Shown here: piece after piece, positions 40,101-50,152 of the stretch
How the letters are laid out: each line of letters opens with the position of its first letter
Numbering within the stretch: position 1 is the first letter of the stretch
Source: Microthyrium microscopicum
Lineage: Eukaryota
Assembly: GCA_010405405.1 (NCBI GenBank)
Contig: MU004240.1
Location: forward strand, 758,316-822,315
Direction of reading: 5' to 3'
Length of the DNA stretch: 64,000 bases
Translations under genes and position numbers: made by a program
Notes under the pieces: generated by a model
The model's input: only the letters and a program-made list of their open reading frames with translations
Databases searched by the model: none
What the model was told of the DNA's origin: nothing

Positions 40101-41594
40101 ACAAGCTTCCGACAAACACAGGATATTGCAGATCTCAACGCCGCTTGGGACTTGTACTATCAAGTTTTTAAGAAGATCAATCGACAACTCCCATCCTTAA
40201 TGACTTTGGAGATGCAGTACGTCTCACCAAAGCTTAAGAAGATCACCGATCTGGAGCTCGCGGTCCCAGGAACATATCACAGCAACAAGCCGGTGGTAAA
40301 AATCGCTCGGTTTGAACCTATAGCATGGGTGATTCAATCTAAGCAACGACCGCGTCGACTACTCCTCAAAGGAGATGACGGAACCAACTACCAGTTCCTA
40401 CTCAAAGGCCACGAAGATCTTCGTCAAGACGAGCGTGTTATGCAGCTTGTGGCACTTTGCAATACACTGCTTGCAAATGATGCTGATTGCCGTAAACGCC
40501 ACCTGATGATACAAGGCTTTGCGGCCATACCCCTTTCCACACAATCCGGCTTGATCAGCTGGGTCCCCAACACCGAAACTATGCACGTCTTGATTAGGGA
40601 ATATAGAGAGAATAGGAAGATTCTGCTAAACATTGAGCACCGCATCATGTTGCAGATGGCGCCAGATTACGATTGCCTCACGCTCATGCAAAAGGTCGAA
40701 GTCTTTGGCTATGCCCTGGACAACACCACTGGCCAGGACTTGTGTCGAGTCCTATGGCTAAAGAGCAAGAGCGCAGAATCTTGGCTTGGCCGTCGAACAA
40801 ACTATACGCGCTCTTTAGCAGTCATGTCGATGGTTGGATATATTCTTGGATTGGGCGATCGTCACCCGTCGAATCTTATGCTGGATCGCATCACTGGAAA
40901 GGTTATTCACATCGATTACGGCGATTGTTTTGAAGTTGCCATGCATCGCGAGAAATACCCTGAACGTGTACCATTCCGTCTTACGCGTATGCTTACGTTC
41001 GCAATGGAAGTTAGTAACATCGAGGGTACTTATCGTACCGTATGCGAAGCTGTAATGCGCGTGCTACGACAAAACAAGGAGTCTGTCATGGCCGTTCTAG
41101 AAGCTGTAAGTTCCCCTCATATCATTTTCCTGCTTATTTCGCAATACTAATATGCTTCATAGTTCATCCACGATCCCCTCCTCACCTGGCGTCTCAACAA
41201 CCGCGAATCACCACCCGACACCAAATTCCCCACCGAGCGCCGCGGCAGCATCATGGGCGCCAACCTCGACCGCGACGGCCTCCCTGCCAACATGCCTGAG
41301 ACAGGCCGTCCAGAAGGGCCGTATCGTCCACGCACTCGCTCTAGTGTTGTCGCACACAACAACAATGGCGGGCCTACGAATGCTGCAAACGGCGCGGAAG
41401 AGCCAGATGCGCGAGAAGTACAGAATCAGCGTGCCATTGAGGTGCTGAAGCGCGTTAAAGAGAAGCTGACGGGTCGCGATTTCCACAACGAGCAAGCTCT
41501 TAAGGTGGACATGCAAGTGGATCGCTTGATTCGCGAAGCTACCAATCTCGAAAACCTGTGTCAGCACTATATCGGCTGGTGTTCATTCTGGTAG
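34119..41594 (+). CDS. TOR: Target of rapamycin kinase (HEAT, FAT, FRB, PIKK and FATC domains)
   Basis: [19 protein letters not shown]; kinase [16 protein letters not shown] and [26 protein letters not shown]; five short introns. Confidence 0.98.
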
Positions 41595-42548
41595 AGACAT
41601 TCGATGGGTCTCATGAGGACTTTATTCCCTCTTTTTGCATCGTTTTGGAAACTTTGCTTCGTCTTCGGTGCGGTGTTGTTGTCTTTTCTAGGTATGTACT
41701 ACTGTACGGTTGGGCTTTCTTGTTCCTGTAAACTTGTGGCTTTGTGACTTTGTGATTTGACTTGCGGTTTGCGGCTGGTGTTGTGTAAATACCCTCTTGT
41801 AAAGGGAGTTTTGGGCATAGAATCGGGCGAGAATGGGCACTACGGGTTAATAGGGGACTGGCCTTGTATTATGTTTTGCTTGGGATGGATTTATATCGAA
41901 TGCTATCCGTTCATGATCACACTGTTTCTTGTGATGCTATGGTTTTTGTGCTGCTATTGCCTGAGACAGCGACCGCCAGCCTCAGTTGTGAATGTATCAC
42001 AGCCCCCATTTAGCTGTTCGGCGATGCCGACTTGGTGTCGCATGTGGCAAGTTGGAAACAGCCTTGAGAACTTGCGCAAGAACAGGCTCTGTGGGCTCGT
42101 CTATAGGTTGAGATCTTACCGCCTTCACAGGTTCGCTTGTTTCAATCAGGCTGACAAGCAAGTGCTCTCGACTAATTAATATTTACATGTGAAGCTTCTC
42201 CATGCATAAAGCTGTCAGACGGCAATTGCTCAACCCTGCCAGGCTGTCACTACTGTTCCCAAAGAGCCGGACACGGGGACGGGGACGGCCCAATTGAAAG
42301 CCGCCTGCCAAATCCTTGCCCAACTACCTCAGAGCTCCTGCTATGAGCTTTATTCCGTTGTACTTCGGGCTTCACGATAGAATCAGGATAGCGGACTTAG
42401 ACGTCTGTAGCGCGAGTATTTCAGGCGTTCCGGTAGAATGCAATCCCGTTCGGCGCGAACAACATGCTTACTGAGCATTATATAAAAGACAAAGCCAAGT
42501 CCAAACTTCTCCAATCTTGAATCTCATCACCCCTATAGCTCTATCACA

Positions 42549-42922
42549 ATGACTACACCAGTTACAATCCATGTCACACTGCCTATCAAGGCTGGCAGCG
42601 AGGACGAGTTCTTCAAGGCCCTGAAGTTGCTCTTTGACGAAGCTTTGCAGGACGAAACATTACTACGGGCGGAGATTCTCACCAGCGCTGAACCGGGTAC
42701 AATCCGCATGGTGGAAGTCTGGAATGCCGACGATGCGACTTTGATGGCTGTGAGTTCTGGGTGTTTATGGTGCTTGCGTTTCCGCTGCTGATAGATGAGT
42801 AGAGACATGCGACTTGGCCGGCTTTTCAGACTTTTATAGCGGCTATTAAGCCTCTTTTGACTGGGCCTGTTGCGCGCGATGTGTTTTCGGCCAACTCGGA
42901 GTTCAGTTTTGCGAGGAAGTAG
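42549..42922 (+). CDS. Small antibiotic-biosynthesis-monooxygenase (ABM/Dabb)-like protein
   Basis: VTIHVTLPIKAGSEDEF...IRMVEVW...RHATWPAFQTF after one intron; TATAAAAG at about 42481. Confidence 0.7.
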
Positions 42923-43760
42923 AAGTTATCAACAGGTCGAGGATAATCCATTGTATTGATTACGGACTGAAGGGTCTTGATTGTTGGGCATGAAGTAGAG
43001 AATGCTGGTTCAAATAGGGGCAGGTTAGCAAATAGACGTTAAGATGGCGACCGTAATGTAACCCTCCATTGCCTCCATTAATCAGCTTTTTGCAAAGCCA
43101 AAAGCCACCGATATACTCGTCTTTATACAAAATCTGGTCGTAAATCGTACTCTCGTCCAATCAAGGGGCTGCCGAGCTGGACCGGGATGAAGCCGTAAAT
43201 GCAATGTGCGCGACCCTGGCTGTCAGCGCTTGTTTTGGCCTTGCCTTGGACCATCCCCTTAAGCTTGGACTCAGTTGCACGAGACTGTGACATCTTTCAT
43301 CATTAATACTAGGTAGCCCACATGGCCGAGTCTCCTAGCTTGCAGCATCCCGTTGCCTCCATCTCCGCCCTGTGCTGCTCGGCATAACTAATGTTCAACT
43401 CCGTAGGACTTCACATATACGAAATGCATCCGATCTCCCGTCTCTGACCTCCAAAGCTGTAGCCTGCGTGTAGCTATAACTTTATATAACCTGGCTGTCT
43501 GCTTCGCTTGCTATTTCTACTTTACTTGCATTTTCAATCGGTCATCGTGCTTCATTACTTCCAAGTTGGCACATATACGATCACGAGCCTTCAATCACTG
43601 AAGGCCTTCGTTATTGCTTAAAGCATCTTCACTGCTGACTGATACTGTATTCTGCTCTCAAAACTTGTCACGAGTCTTGTGACTCTTTTCAGCAAGCATC
43701 GTCTTATAAGTAGACTGTTGCCCAGCTCTGGCCCCAAATTCCTCACTTTCCAGACCAATC

Positions 43761-45433
43761 ATGGCTGTCGTAAAAGGACTAGAAGATGCCTTTGGCGCAC
43801 TTGGGCATTACTCCATCGTCTCATTTGCACTAATTGCCTTTGTCGTCGTTCTCTCCATCAACTACTACTCATCCTATGCCCGCCAACAGAAATTTGCAAA
43901 GGAGCATGGCTGTAAACCCGTTGCAGCAAAATTCCCCCACAAAGACCCCATTTTCGGAATTGACCAAATCTACTCAAGAATCCAGAGCAGCAAGCGACAC
44001 ACACTACTAGAAGACGGACTCAAGAACTTTCGCAAGCTTGGTACTACTTTTTCAGCCAAAGTTTTCGGCCTCAATATCATCAGCACCATCGAACCGGAGA
44101 ACGTCAAGACAATCCTATCCCTCAAATTCAAGGACTTTGGAATTGGCAATCGTGAAAAGACTCTCGGTCGCCTGCTTGGTCGTGGTATCTTTACCTCTGA
44201 TGGCGAGCCGTGGTCGCACTCCCGTGCAATGATCAGGCCCAACTTTGCCAGAGATCAAGTTGCAGATCTGGATGCCTTTGAACGCCATATACAGACTTTG
44301 TTCAAGCTCCTTCCTCGCGACGGCTCCAAGGTCGACCTCCAGGAATATTTCTTCAAATTCACCATTGACAGCGCCACTGAATTTCTGTTCGGCACATCTA
44401 CTGCCACGCTCAAAGCCAGTGCAAGCGGCGACAGTTCAACATCCTCCGAGGCCGGTTTCGCAGTCGCATTCAACCACGCGCAAGACAGTGTCGCCAAACG
44501 CGGACGCATAGGACTCCTCCGCGCATTCTACCGCGACCCCGCTGGCGATGAATCCATCCGCATCTGCCACGAATTCGTCGACCAATATGTCGACGAAGCC
44601 GTGCGGTACCGCGAACGCATCGAAGATCTTGAGAAGAAGGGCGGCGAGCCAAAGGAGGAAAAGTACGTCTTCTTGCACGAGCTAGCCCGTCAAATCAAGG
44701 ATAAGAAACAACTACGTGACGAACTTCTCAACGTTCTACTCGCTGGACGTGACACCACTGCCAGCTTGTTGAGTAACATGTGGTTCGTGATTGCTCGCCG
44801 TCCAGATATTTTTGCCAAATTGCGCGCTGAAGTCGAGGAGACGCTGCAAGGACGTACGCCGACATATCAGGAATTGCGCAATATGAAGTATCTCAAGTAC
44901 TGCATGAATGAATGTAAGTGTCTCATCATTGTGTTGTTCGACTCAAAGATCTGACAATTCTAGCCCTCCGTCTGCATCCCGTTGTACCTGCCAATTCGCG
45001 TGTCGCCTACCATGACACTTTCCTGCCTCTTGGCGGCGGAAAGGACGGAAAGTCACCACTGTTCATCAAGGCTGGTACCATTGTTGCCTACTGGACATAT
45101 GCCATGCACCGCCGATATGACTACTACGGCGAGGATGCCGACGAGTTCAAGCCAGAGCGCTGGGAATCTCTGCGCCCAGGCTGGGAGTATCTGCCTTTTA
45201 ACGGTGGTCCAAGGTACGTTTTCCCTTAAATCTATAAAATTATAGCAAACTAACGAGATATCAGAATCTGCCTTGGTCAACAATACGCCCTCACAGAAGC
45301 AGGCTACGTAACAGTCCGCCTGCTCCAAGAGTTCCAAAACGTCGAGACTCGCGACCCCGAGCAATGGGCCGAGAGTCTGACATTAACGCTATGCTCGAAG
45401 AACGGCACACAAGTTGCATTAACGCCCGCATAA
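43761..45433 (+). CDS. Cytochrome P450, CYP52-clan (alkane/fatty acid hydroxylase-like)
   Basis: Motifs [38 protein letters not shown] and [18 protein letters not shown]; two introns. Confidence 0.93.
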
Positions 45434-45630
45434 GGGGACCACCACCATTGACACAACAAGCAACTGGAGAGCGTTATAGGCTTATTGCTCGCATCTAATA
45501 TTGTATACTAGAATTATCACTTGGCATCTCCTTACTACACAGCACGAGGCTGAAGTCACAGCATGAATGAATGGCATATTTTATACTTGTTCATGTTCTT
45601 GTCATTCAATAACTCATGCTACTAGTTTGT

Positions 45631-45892
45631 CTATTTCGTGGCCGGTTGTTCACCGCCTTTGAGATGCAATCCACCTCCACTTGCTGCCGCACCTTCTAAT
45701 TTCCCTCCTGCTTCATGTTCTGGCATATCTGCAACCTTGTCTAAGCGGCCGACCTTGGTTGGCTTGTATCTGTTAGCTCCGATACCTCGTACATCAGACT
45801 GAGGTGCTTACCTTGTCTGTGCCGCTACCGTGGGTGATGTTGCCCTCTTCAAATGGGCCGTTATCTGAAGATCCGTCTCCGTTGCGTGGCAT
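45631..45892 (-). CDS. 70-aa Gly-rich hydrophilic microprotein, missed by the ORF track
   Basis: Start context caccATG. Exon 1 (45892-45812) reads MPRNGDGSSDNGPFEEGNITHGSGTDK. Intron 45811-45763 (GTAAGC..GCTAAC..AAG). Exon 2 reads PTKVGRLDKVADMPEHEAGGKLEGAAASGG...PATK*. Confidence 0.75.
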
Positions 45893-46038
45893 GGTGATTG
45901 TGTAAGGCTGTGTATGAAGTTGTTGAGGAATGTAGGTGACTGTCTGAAAGTTGTGGTGGAGAGATGCAAGTTCTTGTTTCCAAGCTCTCAGGGGAATTTC
46001 GTCTTATAAGTTTTGCTTAAATATCGGTGCTCGTGATG

Positions 46039-46087
46039 TGACGTCTGAAGCACAAGGGAGGTACCAAAAATGGTAAGGCTGACGTCA
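46039..46087. promoter_or_regulatory. Two CRE-like ATF/CREB sites upstream of the microprotein gene
   Basis: TGACGTC at 46039 and TGACGTCA at 46080; TATA-like element near 46004. Confidence 0.5.
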
Positions 46088-46859
46088 AATATGATGCTAT
46101 TCAGACTGGAGCTCCCCAGAGCCCCACAAGGGTCTGATGATCATAAGTTTTTCGAAAGGGCGTTTCAGAAGAAGTCGATGGATGGTTTTCGAAAATGCTC
46201 AAAATTATATCTTTCTCCTTGAAAACGGCCTACGCGACCGGTTTCTTGCTGCTGGACCATGTATCGCCCAAATGTGGCAAGTACCGTAGCATAACCGGAG
46301 CTATTTCCTAACATGACCGTCACAGGGTATGAGAGAAAGAGCGAATTTCGGATACCTATTCGAGCGTAAAAGATCCAACATGCTTTCAAAATCATCTTAT
46401 TTCCTCTATTTTTTTTTGGTCCTGATCGTTTGTAACATAATTGTTCATGACTTGTATGATAAACGTCTTGAACTATCAAGGTGATCCTATATCAAGAACT
46501 GATCTATCCAGCGACCATATATAGCAAAGACTTGAAGATGGCGCTTTTTTTTTCGTCGATCACCGTATCACTTTTGACGGGTTCGGTCTTGGTAGAATAT
46601 ACGAACAGCATGCAGTGTATCACAGCCTGGTTTCTGAGCAATCGTGCATGAGCTGGCCTCCCACTGCGCCCCATTGGAGCTACCCACCACAAGTTGCGAG
46701 CAACAGAGAGACTTTCTCTTCTTTATCCACAGGCCCCATTTTCATTGCCCATTAAGCAGTCCGTTTGTATAGCTTCGGTCTGTCCACGCCCAGATTGAAG
46801 CGGCACCATCTCATCTAGACGAATTTCTATGGTCCCTGCTTCAGACCAATACCTCTCCA

Positions 46860-48593
46860 ATGTGGTTAATCAACACAAGCACATATCGCCTGGAGCATTT
46901 CATCGACCACACAGTAGTGAAATATGCAATTCTGTCACACACCTGGGGAGACAATGAGCTTCTTTTCCAGGATATCTCTGGACCAGATGGGGCCGAAAGA
47001 GCTCGGAACAATGTCAAAGTGCGCTACACATGCGAGCAGGCAAAGAAAGATGGTCTCCATTACGCTTGGATCGATACCTGTAGCATCGACAAGCGTAGTA
47101 GCGCTGAGTTGAGCGAAGGTATAAACTCCATGTGGAACTACTATCAAGCGGCGACGTGCTGCTACGCCTTCCTCGTGGATGTTGATACTGGTAAATATGA
47201 CAATTCAAAGTTCGGGGTTGATGTCTTGTCCGACTACAATTCCATGACAAAATATCCGGGGCTTGCCACGCAAGAGTATCAGCGCTTGCGCCAACGGTTT
47301 GAGGATTCTCGATGGTTTAAGCGCTGCTGGACTTTGCAGGAGCTTATAGCACCGGAGGAAGTCATATTCTTTGATAACGAATGGCAACGAGTGGGATCTC
47401 GAAATGGCCTGTGTGGGATCATCTCGAAAGCTACGCAAATAGACATCCAGATACTCAATACACCTCGACAGCGCTTGAGCTATTTCAGTATTGCCAAACG
47501 CATGTCCTGGGCCTCCCATCGAAAAGCTACACGGTTAGAGGATGAGGCATACTCTTTACTCGGAATATTCGGCGTCAACATGCCCATGCTATACGGCGAG
47601 GGTCGCAAGGCGTTCAGGCGTTTGCAAGAGGAAATCATTCGCTACTCAACAGATCTATCCATCTTCGCTTGGGACAACCATAACGACGTACGTACACTCC
47701 AGGACAGTGAGCTTTTGGCACAATCACCCCAAGACTTCCAACACTGCAACCGCATTATCAGCCACTCGACAGCAACCAGTTCATTTCAGTTGACTAATGC
47801 TGGTCTGGAGGGGAGTTTTCATTACTACCGTAACGCAGCCGCTCTCATGTGTTCCCGCGATGAGTACCCGGAGAGAATTCTTGCTCTTCCTTTACACAAC
47901 GCGCGCATAATATCTAGTGAAAATGTCCTTGTGGAACACATCGCTGCTCTGCCGAGCGATATACGGGCTCGTCTTGACACGATTCACTTGGAAGAGATGA
48001 AAGATGCCACAGTACAAAAACTAGTCATCCTTCGAGAACGTCCCTATGAATCAAGTACAATGTTTGTACGTCTGGAAAGAGCAGAGTCATCTCAGCCTCT
48101 CAGTTTGCGCCAGTCAATAGCAGACACGGGCCAATATCGATTCGAGACAAGCGCAAAGTTCCCTTGCACTCTTTGCACCTTTACCGGCATAGATCAGATT
48201 CATGGTGCGATTCTTGTAGATGTTCGGTGGGAGACGGGGCAAGCGCTGAGTTGCGCAGCTATATGCTTCGCTGTATTCTATGATAGTGAGCTACAGGCTC
48301 TTGGTATCTATACAACGGTCACGCTTCTATCTGAGGCGCGGGTCAAGGGCCAGGAAGACAAGGTATTGAAGAAACTGTTGGCGAAACTGCTTGACTTTAA
48401 TACAGCACCAATGACGTTGACATTGGAGCCTGATCCAGGTGGCAGTGATCGTCTTGTCAATGAAGGTGGTGCAGCATTCGCGGACGTGAATAACGGTCTG
48501 AAGTGCCGTTGGAGGTTGTATGCCAACTTCACGATGAGCCCAATCCCAGCAGTCATCATGCGGTTCCATATATCAGATCAGCTTTCTATATAG
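46860..48593 (+). CDS. HET-domain (PF06985) heterokaryon incompatibility protein, stand-alone
   Basis: Motifs MWLINT, YAILSHTWG, WIDTCSIDK.SSAELSEGINSM, WFKRCWTLQELIAP and EDEAYSLLGIFGVNMPMLYGEG; intronless. Confidence 0.92.
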   Translation: MWLINTSTYRLEHFIDHTVVKYAILSHTWGDNELLFQDISGPDGAERARNNVKVRYTCEQAKKDGLHYAWIDTCSIDKRSSAELSEGINSMWNYYQAATCCYAFLVDVDTGKYDNSKFGVDVLSDYNSMTKYPGLATQEYQRLRQRFEDSRWFKRCWTLQELIAPEEVIFFDNEWQRVGSRNGLCGIISKATQIDIQILNTPRQRLSYFSIAKRMSWASHRKATRLEDEAYSLLGIFGVNMPMLYGEGRKAFRRLQEEIIRYSTDLSIFAWDNHNDVRTLQDSELLAQSPQDFQHCNRIISHSTATSSFQLTNAGLEGSFHYYRNAAALMCSRDEYPERILALPLHNARIISSENVLVEHIAALPSDIRARLDTIHLEEMKDATVQKLVILRERPYESSTMFVRLERAESSQPLSLRQSIADTGQYRFETSAKFPCTLCTFTGIDQIHGAILVDVRWETGQALSCAAICFAVFYDSELQALGIYTTVTLLSEARVKGQEDKVLKKLLAKLLDFNTAPMTLTLEPDPGGSDRLVNEGGAAFADVNNGLKCRWRLYANFTMSPIPAVIMRFHISDQLSI

Positions 48594-49055
48594 AAAATCA
48601 CGTATTGCCTTCAAAGCACAGTCAAAGAAGAAGATTCAGGAGGACTTCCCGAAGAATGAAAGATATGATAGTATGGTTTGTAGCACTCTTGATTTGATAT
48701 TGCTACTTGGACTGGTTCCTGTCCATTGATGCTCGCTGTAAACATTCATCCCAGATCACACTAGTAATCTATCCGTCCCTGAATAATAGTATATAATACA
48801 GTAAATTTTTGTCGAGTCTCTCACGACTGCCATGACCTCTTCGCCGAGATCCCCAAAAGAACACCGTTTAAAATCACAAACCAAAACCTCATCTCCATTT
48901 CACGTCACTTCTTTGCAACAAGAACTTTGTGTCGACATCTCTTCACTTTCAGAGGAGCAGAAGAGATCAAAGAGCCTGTTCAGGCTTCCAAGACCCAGCG
49001 AAAGTGCCAGTCCGCGCAATACTACATGGTTAGCCCACTCACATTGATTGTTAAT

Positions 49056-50152
49056 CTAGTCCTCCTTCTCAGCAGCAAGGAGGTCGTCGCAGGTGAATGC
49101 GCCCATACCGGAATGCACTTCAGAGAAAAGAGGACCACCAAACATGTCATTGTGATGGTCTACCGCGTAGGATGCGCCGATGACGGTGTCAGCCGGGAGT
49201 GGAGAGTTTGAAGAGCCTATGAGAGGAGAATTGGCGAGGGCCGGGATATTATGGGCGGAATTGATCTTATTGACGAAGAAATCGTTGTTCTCGAAGAGGG
49301 TAAAGTCGGGCACATCGCCGTTGATGTAGTCGCAGAAGTCAGACGCATCCATAACGTCCACTGTTGAAGCAATAGGTTTGCAAGATCGAGCCAGGAAATT
49401 GAGCGACACTGCGGGCCTAAAGAGCACAACAATGCTGCAGATTGTTGTGTCAGCTCAATGTCCTGGGCTACGACGGATGGAGTATATGGAAGGCTTCCTT
49501 CAGAGGGCGATGCCGTGTTGGAGAGACTTGGGGTATTGTGGGAGGATTGATTGGATTGTGCTGGAGTATCTACGGGGGGATAGCCCTCCAAGGCATATTC
49601 GCTCTGCTCGAATTTGATGTTATCGAGGTTGCCAGTGATGCCGGGAATGTAGTCAAGGTTAAGTTCGGTAGGCTCTTGGCCAAGATCCCGAATTTGTTGC
49701 TGAGCATGTTCCAGTTGCGCCTGTAGACGACGACATTCTTGAAGGAACAAGTTCTTTTCGTCGATCAGTTTTTCATGTTCGACTCTTTTGCGCTCACGGG
49801 AGTTGTGAGCGGCTTGGCGATTACGCTTCACACGCTCAATGCGACGTTGCTCTTTTTCAGCCTCGGTCTTTGCACGTTTGCGTGGTGGAAGGCAGGTGGT
49901 GGGCTCAGGAAGCTTTTGTCCCCATGTCTTCCGCTTCTTTTGCGGCGACTTGGACTCGGACTGTTTGGATAGATCCATGTTAAAATTAGGTGCAGACGTG
50001 TTCGATGGTGAAGACGTTGCTTGTGAGAGAGCCTCGAAGGACAAAGTTGACATGGATTGGGAGTTTTCAATGTCATTGAGTTTGACAAACGAGTGGTTGT
50101 CAACGGATTCCATCTTGAGGTTGTGAACGGATACAACTGGTTTCGAGTCCAT
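49056..50152 (-). CDS. HAC1: UPR bZIP transcription factor Hac1/HacA (spliced form 356 aa; unspliced form ends at 49217, 311 aa)
   Basis: KKRKTWGQKLPEP.T.LPPRKRAKTEAEKEQRRIERVKRNR bZIP; an Ire1-type intron switches the frame into ORF 49056-49427. Confidence 0.95.
49412..49437 (-). other. Unconventional Ire1-cleaved 26-nt intron
   Basis: Two CNG|CNG loops (CTG|CAGC and CCG|CAGT). The first sits on a perfect 9-bp stem, cacaacaat/attgttgtg. Removal gives an open acidic C-terminus. Confidence 0.92.

Noticed and set aside
21595..45433. Fatty alcohol oxidase plus CYP52 as an omega-oxidation cluster
   Set aside because: They are 20 kb apart and separated by unrelated housekeeping genes.
34119..45433. 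TOR as a self-resistance gene in a biosynthetic cluster
   Set aside because: No PKS, NRPS or terpene synthase in the window; only a P450 and an ABM-like gene are nearby.
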